The notes: generated by a model not told the origin, from the letters alone. Shown: positions 29,378-39,531, counted from the first letter of the stretch. The stretch: DNA of 64,000 nucleotides from an uncultured Bacilli bacterium (GCA_905235065.1 CAJOJR010000001.1:33591-97590); one strand, 5' to 3'. A program made the numbers and translations.

Positions 29378-29854
29378 GTGGATATTTTGAAAAATAAATT
29401 AAATATAGTTTTAAAATTTTTACTAATTTTACTCCCATGGTTAATAAGTGGCATTATATTTCCATATAACAAAGATTTTTATGAAGCTTTAAATATACCT
29501 TCGTTTGCATTACCAGGAAAAGTTATAGGTATTACTTGGTTAATACTATATATTTTAATATCTATTAGTATTTATATGGTCAGTAAAAACACAAATATAT
29601 TAAAAAATAAAGACTACTTTTATATACTTATAACCAATTATTTAGGTAATCAATTATTCTCATTTGCTTTCTTTTATCTTATGAGTCCTTTTTTAGCATT
29701 TGTAATGGCTGCTATTACATTTATAAGTACAGTATTTTTATTTATTGAAACTAAAAAAATAAATAAAAGGGCATCATATTATTTGATACCCTATATCGCA
29801 TTTTCGGCATATGCATTAATAGTTTCACTCAGTGTTTACGTTATGAATTTTTAA
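29378..29854 (+). CDS. tspO: TspO/MBR family tryptophan-rich sensory protein.
   Basis: It is a 158 aa protein with five TM helices. The C-terminal ...YLIPYIAFSAYALIVSLSVYVMN matches the TspO signature (LL.PY..W..FA..LN). Confidence 0.65.
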   Translation: MDILKNKLNIVLKFLLILLPWLISGIIFPYNKDFYEALNIPSFALPGKVIGITWLILYILISISIYMVSKNTNILKNKDYFYILITNYLGNQLFSFAFFYLMSPFLAFVMAAITFISTVFLFIETKKINKRASYYLIPYIAFSAYALIVSLSVYVMNF

Positions 29855-30740
29855 GAGAATCCATAATATTAATAAATTCTTTTTCTAACGGACACTCAAA
29901 TTCTAAAAATTCTTTTGTAATTGGATGAGTAAATCCTATATAATATGCGTGTAACATTTGACCATAGTTATTTATAGGTTTAATCTTACTATAAACAGGG
30001 TCATTAACAACCGGATGATTTATATAAGCCATATGAACTCTTATTTGATGAGTACGACCAGTTTCAAGAATTAACTCAACTAATGTATAATTTTTAAATC
30101 TTTCTTTAACAGTAAAATTAGTAATAGCTTTTTTACTGTTTTTATCTGTTACAGACATCTTTTTTCTATCTAATTCACTTCTTCCAATCGGAGCGTCAAT
30201 TTTACCATTATTAGCATCAATTATTCCGTGAACTAAAGCCAAATACTTTCTTTTAACTCTTTTATTTTTAAAATCCTCCGCTAGTATTCTATGAACTTCA
30301 TTAGTTTTAGAAATAAGTAATAATCCAGAAGTGTCTTTATCAATTCTATGAACTATACCAGGTCTCATCTCTCCATTTATATCACTTAAACTTTTAGTGT
30401 GATACATTAATGCATTAACTAAAGTTCCATGATAATTTCCTGGCGCTGGATGAACTACCATACCACTTGGCTTATTAACAACCATTAAGTATTCATCTTC
30501 ATAATAAATAGCCAAGTGTATATTCTCTGGATTAATAGATGTGTCTATTTTTAAATCTCCAATAAAAATATCATCATCTTTTTTTAATAAATAGCCAGGT
30601 TTAACTTTTGAATCATTCACTAATATGTTCCCATTTTTAATATGATTCGTAACAAAACTTCTGCTTTCATTAAGATACACAGATAAAACTTGATCTAATC
30701 TATTATTTATCCATTCTTTTTTTGTTTTCATTTTTCTCAC
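29841..30740 (-). CDS. rluD: RluA-family 23S rRNA pseudouridine synthase (RluD-like).
   Basis: It has an S4-like N-terminus and the catalytic motif ...HRIDKDTSGLLLI.... It lies downstream of lspA, as in Bacillus. Confidence 0.85.
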   Translation of the reverse strand: MRKMKTKKEWINNRLDQVLSVYLNESRSFVTNHIKNGNILVNDSKVKPGYLLKKDDDIFIGDLKIDTSINPENIHLAIYYEDEYLMVVNKPSGMVVHPAPGNYHGTLVNALMYHTKSLSDINGEMRPGIVHRIDKDTSGLLLISKTNEVHRILAEDFKNKRVKRKYLALVHGIIDANNGKIDAPIGRSELDRKKMSVTDKNSKKAITNFTVKERFKNYTLVELILETGRTHQIRVHMAYINHPVVNDPVYSKIKPINNYGQMLHAYYIGFTHPITKEFLEFECPLEKEFINIMDSLKNS

Positions 30741-31179
30741 CTACTATACTATAAAAAAGAAATATTACTACACCTATAACTATAAAAGAATCCGCTATAT
30801 TAAATACTGGATCAAATATTTTAAAACTTATAAAGTCTCTTACATATCCAAAAAATATTCTATCAATAAAATTTCCTATTATTCCGCTTATTATTAACAC
30901 TAAAGATATTGAATAATATTTATTATCTTTATTCTTAATAAGTTCATATATTAAATAAGATAACGCTAATATGGTCATAATTATAAAAAATATTGTTTTA
31001 CCTTCTAAAATACCAAAAGCTGCACCATAATTTTTAATATATGTAAAATTTAAAAAATTAGGTATTAATTTTATATCACTATATTCTATTACATATCTTG
31101 ATATCAAGGATTTACTTATTTGATCTACCATAATAAGTAAGGTAACACTTAAAACTATTAATATATTTTTCTTTTTCAT
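30703..31179 (-). CDS. lspA: Lipoprotein signal peptidase II. The start is probably at MKKKNILIV..., because the longer ORF-track start overlaps ylmC.
   Basis: It has the conserved ...NYGAAFGIL... and ...FNIADSFIVIG... blocks and four TM helices. Confidence 0.85.
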   Translation of the reverse strand: MKKKNILIVLSVTLLIMVDQISKSLISRYVIEYSDIKLIPNFLNFTYIKNYGAAFGILEGKTIFFIIMTILALSYLIYELIKNKDNKYYSISLVLIISGIIGNFIDRIFFGYVRDFISFKIFDPVFNIADSFIVIGVVIFLFYSIVGEKNENKKRMDK

Positions 31180-31207
31180 GAATAAATAATACCATAAAAA
31201 AAAGATA

Positions 31208-31438
31208 TTATCTAGGTGTATCAACCAAAATAACATCTTCTCCAATTTTTTTAATTTGATTAAAAGCAATTAACATATCACCTTCACTTGTAAATAAACT
31301 TTTAATACTTTTCTTTTCAACCAATAATTTTTTTAAAACTCCAGTATTAATCTCTATTTCAGCATCTATTATTTTACCCAATTTTTTTCCATCTTTTAAA
31401 AGTATTATATCTTTCTTTTGCATATCTGATAGTCTCAT
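31208..31438 (-). CDS. YlmC/YmxH family small sporulation-associated protein (PRC-barrel-like).
   Basis: It is 76 aa and reads MRLSDMQKKDIILLKDGKKLGKIIDAEIEINTG..., typical of the YlmC family. Confidence 0.65.
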   Translation of the reverse strand: MRLSDMQKKDIILLKDGKKLGKIIDAEIEINTGVLKKLLVEKKSIKSLFTSEGDMLIAFNQIKKIGEDVILVDTPR

Positions 31439-31478
31439 GATACCACCTAATAAAGTATATGCTAAAAAAAATAGTTTA

Positions 31479-32252
31479 TTATGTAGAAAGTCTCCTTACA
31501 TTTTCAATCGCATTTTTTTCAAGTCTAGACACTTGTGCCTGTGATATGCCAATCTCATCAGCTATTTCCATTTGAGTTTTACCAATAACATATCTACTTA
31601 TTAAAATGTCTTTTTCCCTTTGCTTTAATTTATTTAGCGCCTTCCTTAAATTTAATATTTCATCCATATCTGGGTTATCTTTTTTATCTTCCAACTGATC
31701 AAGTAAGTATATTTCATCTTCTCCATCACTATAAATCGGATCAAAAATACTCATTGGTTCTTTTAAAGACATATATGCATTAGACACCTCATATTCTGGA
31801 ATACCTAAATATTTAACAATTTCATCTGTTGAAGGTTCCCTATTATTTTGAATAACAAAATCATCTTTAAATTTTATAATTTTATATGCGGTTTCTTTAA
31901 TACTTCTACTTATTCTAACGGCATTATTATCTCTAATATACCTTTTAATCTCTCCATCTATCATAGGTACAGAATATGTACTAAACTTAACATCATATGA
32001 TAAATCAAAGTTGTCTATGGCCTTTATTAAACCAATACAACCTATTTGAAATAAATCATCTAAATTATCAACCTTACTTTGATATTTTTTTAAAATAGAT
32101 AACACCAATTTTAAATTTCCATACACAAGTAGTTCTTTTACACTTTCATCACCACTTTGATAAGCCTTGAATAGTTTAACCATTTCATCATTTTTAAGAG
32201 TTCTTAAACTACTTGTATCAATACCACATATCTCAACTTTATATTTTGCCAT
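31479..32252 (-). CDS. sigG: Sporulation sigma factor, SigG-like (sigma-70 family, forespore-specific).
   Basis: The N-terminus KVEICGIDTSSLRTLKNDEM.KLF... and ...DDLFQIGCIGLIKAIDNFDLSYDVKFSTYSVPMIDGEIKRYIRDN are near-identical in pattern to Bacillus SigG. Confidence 0.8.
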   Translation of the reverse strand: MAKYKVEICGIDTSSLRTLKNDEMVKLFKAYQSGDESVKELLVYGNLKLVLSILKKYQSKVDNLDDLFQIGCIGLIKAIDNFDLSYDVKFSTYSVPMIDGEIKRYIRDNNAVRISRSIKETAYKIIKFKDDFVIQNNREPSTDEIVKYLGIPEYEVSNAYMSLKEPMSIFDPIYSDGEDEIYLLDQLEDKKDNPDMDEILNLRKALNKLKQREKDILISRYVIGKTQMEIADEIGISQAQVSRLEKNAIENVRRLST

Positions 32253-32328
32253 AACAATCCTTTCATGGATATTATGTATTATTTTTAAATTTATTAAACA
32301 TAAAAAAGCAAATACTTTAAGTATTTGC

Positions 32329-32565
32329 CTAAGCTATATGTTTTAAAATTGTTATTATTATATTTTTATCATCAACTATATCAACATAAGATTTATCTTC
32401 TTCTTTTATCTCTTTTAAAAAAGTCAATTCTTTGTTAAAATCTTCACCATCATTGAATATTTCACTAGTTACATAATAAGTATCACCTTTATATACGACT
32501 TGTCTTATGACTAAATATTCTTTTCCATTAGAAAGTTCAATAACTTGGTTTGTTCTATTCTCCAT
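32329..32565 (-). CDS. DUF1292 (UPF0473/YrzB-like) small protein.
   Basis: It is a 78 aa acidic protein with a ...SNGKEYLVIRQVVYKGDTYYV... pattern. A paralogue lies at 61272-61538. Confidence 0.4.
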   Translation of the reverse strand: MENRTNQVIELSNGKEYLVIRQVVYKGDTYYVTSEIFNDGEDFNKELTFLKEIKEEDKSYVDIVDDKNIIITILKHIA

Positions 32566-32566
32566 A

Positions 32567-33394
32567 TTATCTTCCCTTTCCTCCTTCTAAGTCCATACTA
32601 GCAAGTATTTCTTCAACTGTTTTCATACTACTTAAATTATTTGCAAGATTTTGAGCAACCGCTTCTGGATCACTTTTAATTTCCGGTTCTTCTGATGGCA
32701 ATTCTTCACCAACTTGAGTACTAGCAATTTCATTTGGCATTACTAAATTATGTTGTTCTTCAACTGGTTCTTGAACATTTTCTGAAGCCATTTCACTTTC
32801 TACTGCTTCTTCTTCATCAGCAGAACTAATTGGTTGTTCTTCTTGTACATTCATGCTAATTGGTTCTATTGGTAAACTGGGAGTTTCCTCATACCCATCG
32901 ATAGTTGCCTTCAATTTTTCAGAAGTAAAATATCCTTTAATTTCACTTACATTTGAAGGACCTTGTTTATATGCCTTAATTTCTAATAATTCTTCATTTG
33001 ATTTAGGAACTTCTTCTAATAATGGCGCATTAGATTCTTCGTGGCTTTCTGAAATTTCTTCTGTTTTAACATCTGTCTCTTCTTTTTCATCATTTAGATT
33101 TAATTCATCTATAACAGGTTCATTAATAGGTAATAACTCAGGTGATTCTAATGGAATATCCTCTTTAACTTCTGGTTTTATTTCCTCATTTGCTTCTACT
33201 TTTGTCTCCTCATCAACTGATTCAGTTATTTCTTCTGAAACTGGTACTGGTATAGATTCTAATTCGGGTGACTCCATTTGAGCACTTTTCTCTTCTATTA
33301 ACTCTTTCAGTCTTCTTTCTAACTTGCTTACAGCAGATTGAGTAGCAGATGTCCCCTCTTTTATTTCATTTAATAGTTCTTGTAATTCTTCCAT
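32567..33394 (-). CDS. Highly acidic, Glu/Pro/Ser-rich low-complexity protein (275 aa) of unknown function, inserted between sigE and sigG.
   Basis: Composition was read directly. It has repeated SPEL/EEI/PV motifs and no TM segment. There is a large antisense ORF in the same region, typical of low-complexity bias. Confidence 0.5.
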   Translation of the reverse strand: MEELQELLNEIKEGTSATQSAVSKLERRLKELIEEKSAQMESPELESIPVPVSEEITESVDEETKVEANEEIKPEVKEDIPLESPELLPINEPVIDELNLNDEKEETDVKTEEISESHEESNAPLLEEVPKSNEELLEIKAYKQGPSNVSEIKGYFTSEKLKATIDGYEETPSLPIEPISMNVQEEQPISSADEEEAVESEMASENVQEPVEEQHNLVMPNEIASTQVGEELPSEEPEIKSDPEAVAQNLANNLSSMKTVEEILASMDLEGGKGR

Positions 33395-33461
33395 AATATC
33401 ACTCCCTATTTTTATCTAAATACATTTTATCACGGAAAGTTACAAAAAAAAAGTATATTTT

Positions 33462-34148
33462 CTATACTTTTAATAAATTTGTTAATTTTTTTATTACTTT
33501 TTTTTCAATTCTAGATATATAAGATTGACTAATACCTAGTTTATCTGCCACTTCTTTTTGGGTATATTCTTCACTATTCATAAGTCCATATCTCATAATT
33601 ATTATTTCTTTATCTCTATCATTTAAATTTTCAATCTCATCTAATAATATTTTTTTATCTATTTTATTTTCATATTCTTTTTCTACTAAGTTATCTTCTG
33701 TACCGAGTACATCTTCAAGATGTAATTCATTTCCTTCACTATCAAAATTAATTGAATCTTCAAAACTTACTTCTATTTTTCTTCTTTTATTCTTTCTTAA
33801 AAACATTAATATTTCATTATCAATGCATCTTGATGCATAAGTTGCAAGTTTAATGTTTTTATCAAGTTTATAAGTGTTTACTCCCTTTATTAATCCAATT
33901 GTTCCGATACTTACCAAATCTTCAAGATCATATCCGCTTCCATCATATTTTTTAGATAAAAAGACAACTAACCTTAAATTATGTTCCACAAGTTTATTTC
34001 TTGCTTCTTTATCCCCTTGTTCTCTTAATAAGACTAGTCTTTCTTCCTCTTCTTTAGAAAGTGGTGGTGGTAAAATATCTGTACTCCCCACATAATAAAT
34101 ATCATTACTTCTTTTTAACAATTTTTTTATTATTTCTATTATTTTCAT
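33462..34148 (-). CDS. sigE: Pro-sigma-E (sporulation sigma factor SigE with N-terminal pro-sequence).
   Basis: It has ...YYVGSTDILPPPLSKEEEERL... and ...NLRLVVFLSKKY...DLVSIGTIGLIKGVNTY...KLATYASRCIDNEILMFLR, matching SigE. It lies downstream of spoIIGA. Confidence 0.85.
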   Translation of the reverse strand: MKIIEIIKKLLKRSNDIYYVGSTDILPPPLSKEEEERLVLLREQGDKEARNKLVEHNLRLVVFLSKKYDGSGYDLEDLVSIGTIGLIKGVNTYKLDKNIKLATYASRCIDNEILMFLRKNKRRKIEVSFEDSINFDSEGNELHLEDVLGTEDNLVEKEYENKIDKKILLDEIENLNDRDKEIIIMRYGLMNSEEYTQKEVADKLGISQSYISRIEKKVIKKLTNLLKV

Positions 34149-34914
34149 AATTATCCTCCAATATATCTTTATTTATTAGTGAATTTACCCCCTCAATATT
34201 TATTTTCGTAGGAGAAATACCTATTAAAGCCTTTTGTATATTTCCTATTCCATTAACAAAAACATTATCTGCCTTAAAACACTTCATCAAAAAAGAATCA
34301 TTTACTGTATTGCATGGGATTAATAAATATTTTAAATTTTTCTCATTTAGTAATCCTTTATCAATTATAATAATTGGTATTTTAGTATATGGATTTAAAA
34401 TATTCATACCAGTGTCATTATAAGCAGTTATATTAATAACTTGTCCTTTAATATATATGTCAATTTTATATTTTAATGAATAAAATTTTTTTATTTTCAA
34501 TAAATATTTTGTATATATATAAATTATTAATGGGGCAAATATGATTAATAAAACTATATTATTAAATAAAGAATTAATTATATTATTTTTTAATTTCAAA
34601 TTTATTAAATATATAAATCCACCTAGTAATAAACTATTCAAAAAGAAATAAACTAGATTATTTAAAAAATATTTTATGTTTTTATATCCGAAAGCTATTA
34701 GAATCATAATAATAGCTAATAAAAATTTTAAAAAAAACAAAAGCAAGTTGTTTAATTTAACAAATAAAACTATTATACTCAGACTCCCAAATAAAGCTGA
34801 TAATATAAGTTTTCTTAATTTAGTGTTCCTTCTTAATAATATGGATACTGAATATAAAATTAAAAAATCACAAAAGAAATTTATTAAAATTAATATGTCA
34901 ATATAAACTTTCAC
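34105..34914 (-). CDS. spoIIGA: Sigma-E processing peptidase SpoIIGA (membrane aspartic protease).
   Basis: It starts MKVYIDILILINFFCDFLILYSVSILLRRN..., which mirrors the SpoIIGA N-terminus (MKIYLDVIWLLNF...). It is polytopic and lies upstream of sigE. Confidence 0.75.
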   Translation of the reverse strand: MKVYIDILILINFFCDFLILYSVSILLRRNTKLRKLILSALFGSLSIIVLFVKLNNLLLFFLKFLLAIIMILIAFGYKNIKYFLNNLVYFFLNSLLLGGFIYLINLKLKNNIINSLFNNIVLLIIFAPLIIYIYTKYLLKIKKFYSLKYKIDIYIKGQVINITAYNDTGMNILNPYTKIPIIIIDKGLLNEKNLKYLLIPCNTVNDSFLMKCFKADNVFVNGIGNIQKALIGISPTKINIEGVNSLINKDILEDNYENNRNNKKIVKKK

Positions 34915-34924
34915 ATTATCACCT

Positions 34925-34955
34925 TTATTACATTATAAAAAAAGCAACAAATAAT
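34925..34955 (-). terminator. Rho-independent terminator after the 272-aa hypothetical gene, upstream of spoIIGA.
   Basis: The hairpin AGCGACAAAT-attat-TTGTTGCT is followed by a T-run on the minus strand. Confidence 0.45.
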
Positions 34956-34967
34956 ATTTGTCGCTTT

Positions 34968-35786
34968 TTAGAATAAAGGTTCCATTCCTTCATGATCATC
35001 TCTTTTACGAGATTTTGTTTTTGGCTTATTTTTATTTGAATCATCATCATGTTTACCTTTTATTTCGATATCTTCTTCTTTACTAAGTTTTTCTTCTACT
35101 GGCTTTTCAACTATATTTTTAACTATTGAACCAAGTTCTCTTACATATCTTTGATTAATCTCACCATCTTTTGTGCACCAAGCTTTTACAAAATCGGATA
35201 CAGCATCTTTAATACTACTTGTTTCATAAGTCATATGCATTATATATCTTCCATATGCATTTTGAATTTTTTCTAAATGCAATGCAATTTTTTTACGATA
35301 TTCTGTTTGATTAAGTTTAGGATTAGTCCAAATATTAGATAAAAAATTTTTATCCAATATTTTATCCAGCATTAATTTCCTTAATGATTCATAAACAGTA
35401 TACTGTTTATCTTTTTTATAAAATATAGGCAATGTTTTTGCTTGACCACCATACATATAACCAACATATACTTTACCTGTACCATCACCCACATCTGTTT
35501 TAAATCTTTCTTTTAATTCTTTTTGATCTTCCACCTGTTCTGTTAAAAATTTATCAATTTTATCTAAATCATAAGATTTAGTTATTTTTTTATATATAGT
35601 ATATTTAATGACTCTAGCTCTCGGATCACCATTTAAAACAGTAAAATTCCCATATACATATTGATTCTTAGTATTCTTATTGTTTTTAGCATAATTAATT
35701 AAAAAGTTTTCATATTCTTCATCGGTACGAAAGACTCTTGTTTCGGTATCATCAGTCATCATTAGAAAATATCTATTACCGTTCAT
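34968..35786 (-). CDS. Hypothetical protein (272 aa) with a Lys-rich C-terminal tail.
   Basis: It is a long ORF with its own terminator. No motif was recognised. Confidence 0.4.
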   Translation of the reverse strand: MNGNRYFLMMTDDTETRVFRTDEEYENFLINYAKNNKNTKNQYVYGNFTVLNGDPRARVIKYTIYKKITKSYDLDKIDKFLTEQVEDQKELKERFKTDVGDGTGKVYVGYMYGGQAKTLPIFYKKDKQYTVYESLRKLMLDKILDKNFLSNIWTNPKLNQTEYRKKIALHLEKIQNAYGRYIMHMTYETSSIKDAVSDFVKAWCTKDGEINQRYVRELGSIVKNIVEKPVEEKLSKEEDIEIKGKHDDDSNKNKPKTKSRKRDDHEGMEPLF

Positions 35787-35863
35787 AAATACACCTCTTT
35801 TTTCAACTATATTTTATCACATAAACATCAAAAATAAAATAAAAAAGGCATCTAAATACCTTT

Positions 35864-36916
35864 TTATTTTAATATCCATGCATTACATACATATCTTTCG
35901 CCAGTATAAGAATATCCTCCGGGATCATTAACTAATTTATTGTTAACAACTAGCATTGAAGATCCTCCCCCATCTAAATTAGCAGCATTATATGCACCAT
36001 ATTGATATAAGAAATCTGCAAGTTGGACCATTGAAAGTCCTGGTGAACCTTTACCTCTTCCATCTCCAACTGCAAATAAAACTATCCCATCTTTTCTTTG
36101 AGCAATAGCAGTTCTAGGAGCATACCCCCAACCACCATCACCTTTCATTTCGGCTTTTTCACCATTCATTATTAAGAAAGGTCCAAATGTCATTGCATCT
36201 CTCATTCCATTTTTTATTGCAGTTTCTGCATCATCGTAAGTAAGTACTAAGACATTATCTTCATTAAACCCTATTAGTTGATTGGTCCCCGGAGAACCAG
36301 AAATTATCTTACCGCTTGAAATAACAGCTCCGTATGGTGTTAAAGCACCAGTTGTTCTATTTCTATTATATCCAGATGCATTAACAGCAGCAATTGCCTC
36401 ATTGTCTCTTGCAATAGCTGTCATTACTTGACCACCTCTCGAAATCTTTTTGGAAAGTACCATTGATATTCTTGAAGGATCATATACTACTAACATATGA
36501 ATAGTATTTCTTTTATATTCAACAGTAAATACTTTGTATAAATCATTTCCTTCATCTCTTTTTAAAACTTGCTCCTCATATTCATTAGCATAGACACCAG
36601 TATCAACATTAGTGTTATTGAATTTAATTGCACTCGTATCTGTTGTATCATCAAATTTCTTAACAACATTAGCTTTCATAGTTTCACTTATAATATAATC
36701 ATTATAAAATATATATGCTAAGTATTGGTGTGTCCTAGTTGTCATTGCAGTAGTAATTAGTAGATTTCTAAAATATGATATTGGTCCATACGTTATAAAA
36801 AAACCTAAAAACACTAATATATCTAAAATAACAACAGTTATCATTAATTTATCTTTTTTCTTTTTTTCCATAAAACTACTCCACCACATATGGTTCTTCT
36901 TTTGAACCCTTACCAC
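35864..36916 (-). CDS. Phosphodiester glycosidase family protein (NAGPA/DUF2233-like) with an N-terminal membrane anchor. The start is probably at the internal MEKKKKDKLMITVV....
   Basis: The C-terminal ...AANLDGGGSSMLVVNNKLVNDPGG... is characteristic of the phosphodiester glycosidase domain. It has one TM. Confidence 0.55.
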   Translation of the reverse strand: MVRVQKKNHMWWSSFMEKKKKDKLMITVVILDILVFLGFFITYGPISYFRNLLITTAMTTRTHQYLAYIFYNDYIISETMKANVVKKFDDTTDTSAIKFNNTNVDTGVYANEYEEQVLKRDEGNDLYKVFTVEYKRNTIHMLVVYDPSRISMVLSKKISRGGQVMTAIARDNEAIAAVNASGYNRNRTTGALTPYGAVISSGKIISGSPGTNQLIGFNEDNVLVLTYDDAETAIKNGMRDAMTFGPFLIMNGEKAEMKGDGGWGYAPRTAIAQRKDGIVLFAVGDGRGKGSPGLSMVQLADFLYQYGAYNAANLDGGGSSMLVVNNKLVNDPGGYSYTGERYVCNAWILK

Positions 36917-38168
36917 TTTTTATAGCCATATTTGAATCCAAATATAATACTGGTCTTATATTTTTATTTTTATTTACTGAATCAGAATATACAGTTTTAT
37001 CTGAAGCTACTGTATACACAACGCTATTTTTAGAATCAGAAGGAGTCAAAGTATATACATTTTCATATTCAAGAAGCCCTAAATCATCAATGTTAAGAAG
37101 TCCAACATTTGCTTCAATACTAGTTTGATAAATAGAATTATAATCATAATCATTATCAGAAGTATATACTCCTACAAACCATTTTCCTTTAACAATCTTT
37201 TCTTTTAATTCGTCTGCAAAACTTTTATAATAATCTCCATTTAAGTATTTATATATATATGAATTTTCGAAAGTATTATATTTTTTATCAAATATATTTT
37301 TATTTTCTAAAATTCCATCTAATACCACCTTGGTTCCTATTTCGTTTTGATCTATTATTTTCCAAACACTATCATTAAAACTTATATATTCATTTATTCC
37401 CTTTTGATTTAAATAATTAGTTCCCGGATTTCCAACTGCATATGGATTTTCAACACTTCCATCTCCATAGCTATATTCCACTTCACTTGATAAAGTGATT
37501 ACCGGTAATATTTCATAATGGTGTGTGACTTTTGTCTTTTTAACTCCGCCAGTATTTGAAACATAATATTGAGATTCTTCGCTCATATTGCTTAGCCAAA
37601 ATTCTCTTTCACTTTTTATAAATCCATCTAGTCCACCAGTAATTTGATAATCGCTTATTGAAGGAATACCTATTAAATATTCTTCTTTCTCATTACATGT
37701 AATATTTTCCATATCTGATACATCATCTAAACATACACTAGTTTTTGATAAATAAATATCTGGGTCTTCAAGATTTCTATATATAATGTTTTCTTCATCA
37801 TTTAAATATTTACTTATAAATGATTCTTTAAATACTGATGAATTCGAAAGAATAGGACCACTATTTAAAGCTATTAATCTAATTTTTCCATCTGACTCTA
37901 TTTTTTCTATTCTCCATAAATTGCCAGAATATTTAACATAGTTTTTATCGTTTTTATAGTTATAAACATATCCATCTTCTAATTGAGATAAATCATTATT
38001 TACATATGAATTTGTTAATACCGTTTTATAAAGTGGCGTATGTTCAACTTCATTCCAATTAGAATTTTTATGATATATGTTATAGTAATGATAAAATCTA
38101 TATCCATAAAATGCTATACAAGCTAATATAAATAATATACTACATATTTTAAAAATCTTTTTTCCCAT
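36876..38168 (-). CDS. Secreted or membrane-anchored hypothetical protein (430 aa) with internally repeated modules.
   Basis: It has an N-terminal TM/signal anchor. Two similar segments (…GNLWRIEKIESDGKIRLIALNSG… and …NDSVWKIIDQNEIGTKVVLDG…) suggest a tandem domain repeat. Confidence 0.4.
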   Translation of the reverse strand: MGKKIFKICSILFILACIAFYGYRFYHYYNIYHKNSNWNEVEHTPLYKTVLTNSYVNNDLSQLEDGYVYNYKNDKNYVKYSGNLWRIEKIESDGKIRLIALNSGPILSNSSVFKESFISKYLNDEENIIYRNLEDPDIYLSKTSVCLDDVSDMENITCNEKEEYLIGIPSISDYQITGGLDGFIKSEREFWLSNMSEESQYYVSNTGGVKKTKVTHHYEILPVITLSSEVEYSYGDGSVENPYAVGNPGTNYLNQKGINEYISFNDSVWKIIDQNEIGTKVVLDGILENKNIFDKKYNTFENSYIYKYLNGDYYKSFADELKEKIVKGKWFVGVYTSDNDYDYNSIYQTSIEANVGLLNIDDLGLLEYENVYTLTPSDSKNSVVYTVASDKTVYSDSVNKNKNIRPVLYLDSNMAIKSGKGSKEEPYVVE

Positions 38169-38270
38169 ACTACAAACCTCTACTCTAAAAAGTATAACAT
38201 TTTAACTAGGTATTAACAAGTTATTTTTTACAAAGTGATTGACAAAATATTTTTAATACCATTATAATAT

Positions 38271-39530
38271 ATGAGTATGAATAAATTAAAAGATAAGAAA
38301 AATTTTTTTTATTTTGCATTAATGATTTTACCAATCATTGATGTTTTAACATCTATAAATGCAAGATTTAATACGTTTCACTTTTCACCGGGAATAATTG
38401 TACGAGGAATTATTTTTCTTATTTCTGTTTTATATATTTTGTTTTCTAAAAATATAAATAAAGAAATGAGAAAAAAGGCTATTATATATTTTGTTATTTT
38501 TTTAATATATTTTTCTATATTTATGTTAGTGAGACTAAATGATTCAATTGACAAGAGCCACTTGATATCTGAAATAAAATTCTTTTTTAAATTTTGGTAC
38601 TTCCCTATTACATTAATATTTTTAAATAATTTAGATTTAGATAAAGAAAAATTAAATAAAGCCCTAAAAGTAAGTACACTATTATATGCGATAGGTATAT
38701 TTTTACCTCTTGTTACAAACACCTATTTTGAATCATATAGTTATTCACCATACAAAGGTGTTGTTGGGTGGTTCTATTCTGCAAATGAACTAGGAAGTTT
38801 ATTATCAATGAATTTAATATTACTTTATTTGAATCTTGATAAAAAGAACATTTTAATAATGTTATTAAATATATTTACATTAGTAATAATAGGAACTAAA
38901 GTTTCATTATTCTCAGTAATTATTATAACTGTATCAATGTTTTTAATCTTTCATCTAACCACTAAAAAGAAATCTAATAAAACTAAAAAACCAAAAAAGG
39001 TAAAATATTCACTCATAATACTAATTATTTCTGTCTTTTTAATATTATTTAGTTCAACCGCAAGAGATGTGTTAGAAAGACTTAATGTAAATAAAAATAA
39101 TATTATAGAAACAAAATTAACTGGATTTGGAGCTGTTCTTGATAAACTATTAAGTGGTAGATATACATTTTTATTAGATACATTAGATCAATATAAAACC
39201 GAAAGTATTGCTGTTAAAACATTTGGCTTAGGTTTTACTTATAACAATCATTTAACAAGCATAGAAATGGATACATTTGACATAATGCTTAGATATGGAA
39301 TACTTGGATTTATAATATATTTTGCTCCACTTATATATTACTTATATGTTTATATTAAAGATAACAAAAAAACAAAACCAATACCTTTCTTAATATGTTC
39401 TATTGGTATTATCCTAGCATTATTAATTGCCACAAGCTGTGGACATATGGTATCAGCACCAACCGCAAGTATATATGTTGCATTATGTGTTGCATTAATG
39501 AGTACTAAATATACAAAAGAAGAAGATTAA
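38271..39530 (+). CDS. O-antigen ligase / Wzy_C-family polytopic membrane protein.
   Basis: It is a 419 aa protein with about 10-12 TM segments, including a large periplasmic-loop-type segment. It is divergent from the upstream genes and convergent with the LCP gene. Confidence 0.45.
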   Translation: MSMNKLKDKKNFFYFALMILPIIDVLTSINARFNTFHFSPGIIVRGIIFLISVLYILFSKNINKEMRKKAIIYFVIFLIYFSIFMLVRLNDSIDKSHLISEIKFFFKFWYFPITLIFLNNLDLDKEKLNKALKVSTLLYAIGIFLPLVTNTYFESYSYSPYKGVVGWFYSANELGSLLSMNLILLYLNLDKKNILIMLLNIFTLVIIGTKVSLFSVIIITVSMFLIFHLTTKKKSNKTKKPKKVKYSLIILIISVFLILFSSTARDVLERLNVNKNNIIETKLTGFGAVLDKLLSGRYTFLLDTLDQYKTESIAVKTFGLGFTYNNHLTSIEMDTFDIMLRYGILGFIIYFAPLIYYLYVYIKDNKKTKPIPFLICSIGIILALLIATSCGHMVSAPTASIYVALCVALMSTKYTKEED

Positions 39531-39531
39531 A

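Noticed and set aside
30703-31269. The long LspA start overlapping ylmC.
   Set aside because: The conserved LspA start is the internal MKKKNILIV.... The extension is an in-frame read-through of the upstream gene region.
32567-33394. An interpretation of the acidic protein as a degenerate repeat or non-coding region.
   Set aside because: There is a continuous 275-codon frame with a coherent acidic composition, and it is tightly coupled (1-nt gap) to the downstream gene. This argues for real coding, although function is unknown.
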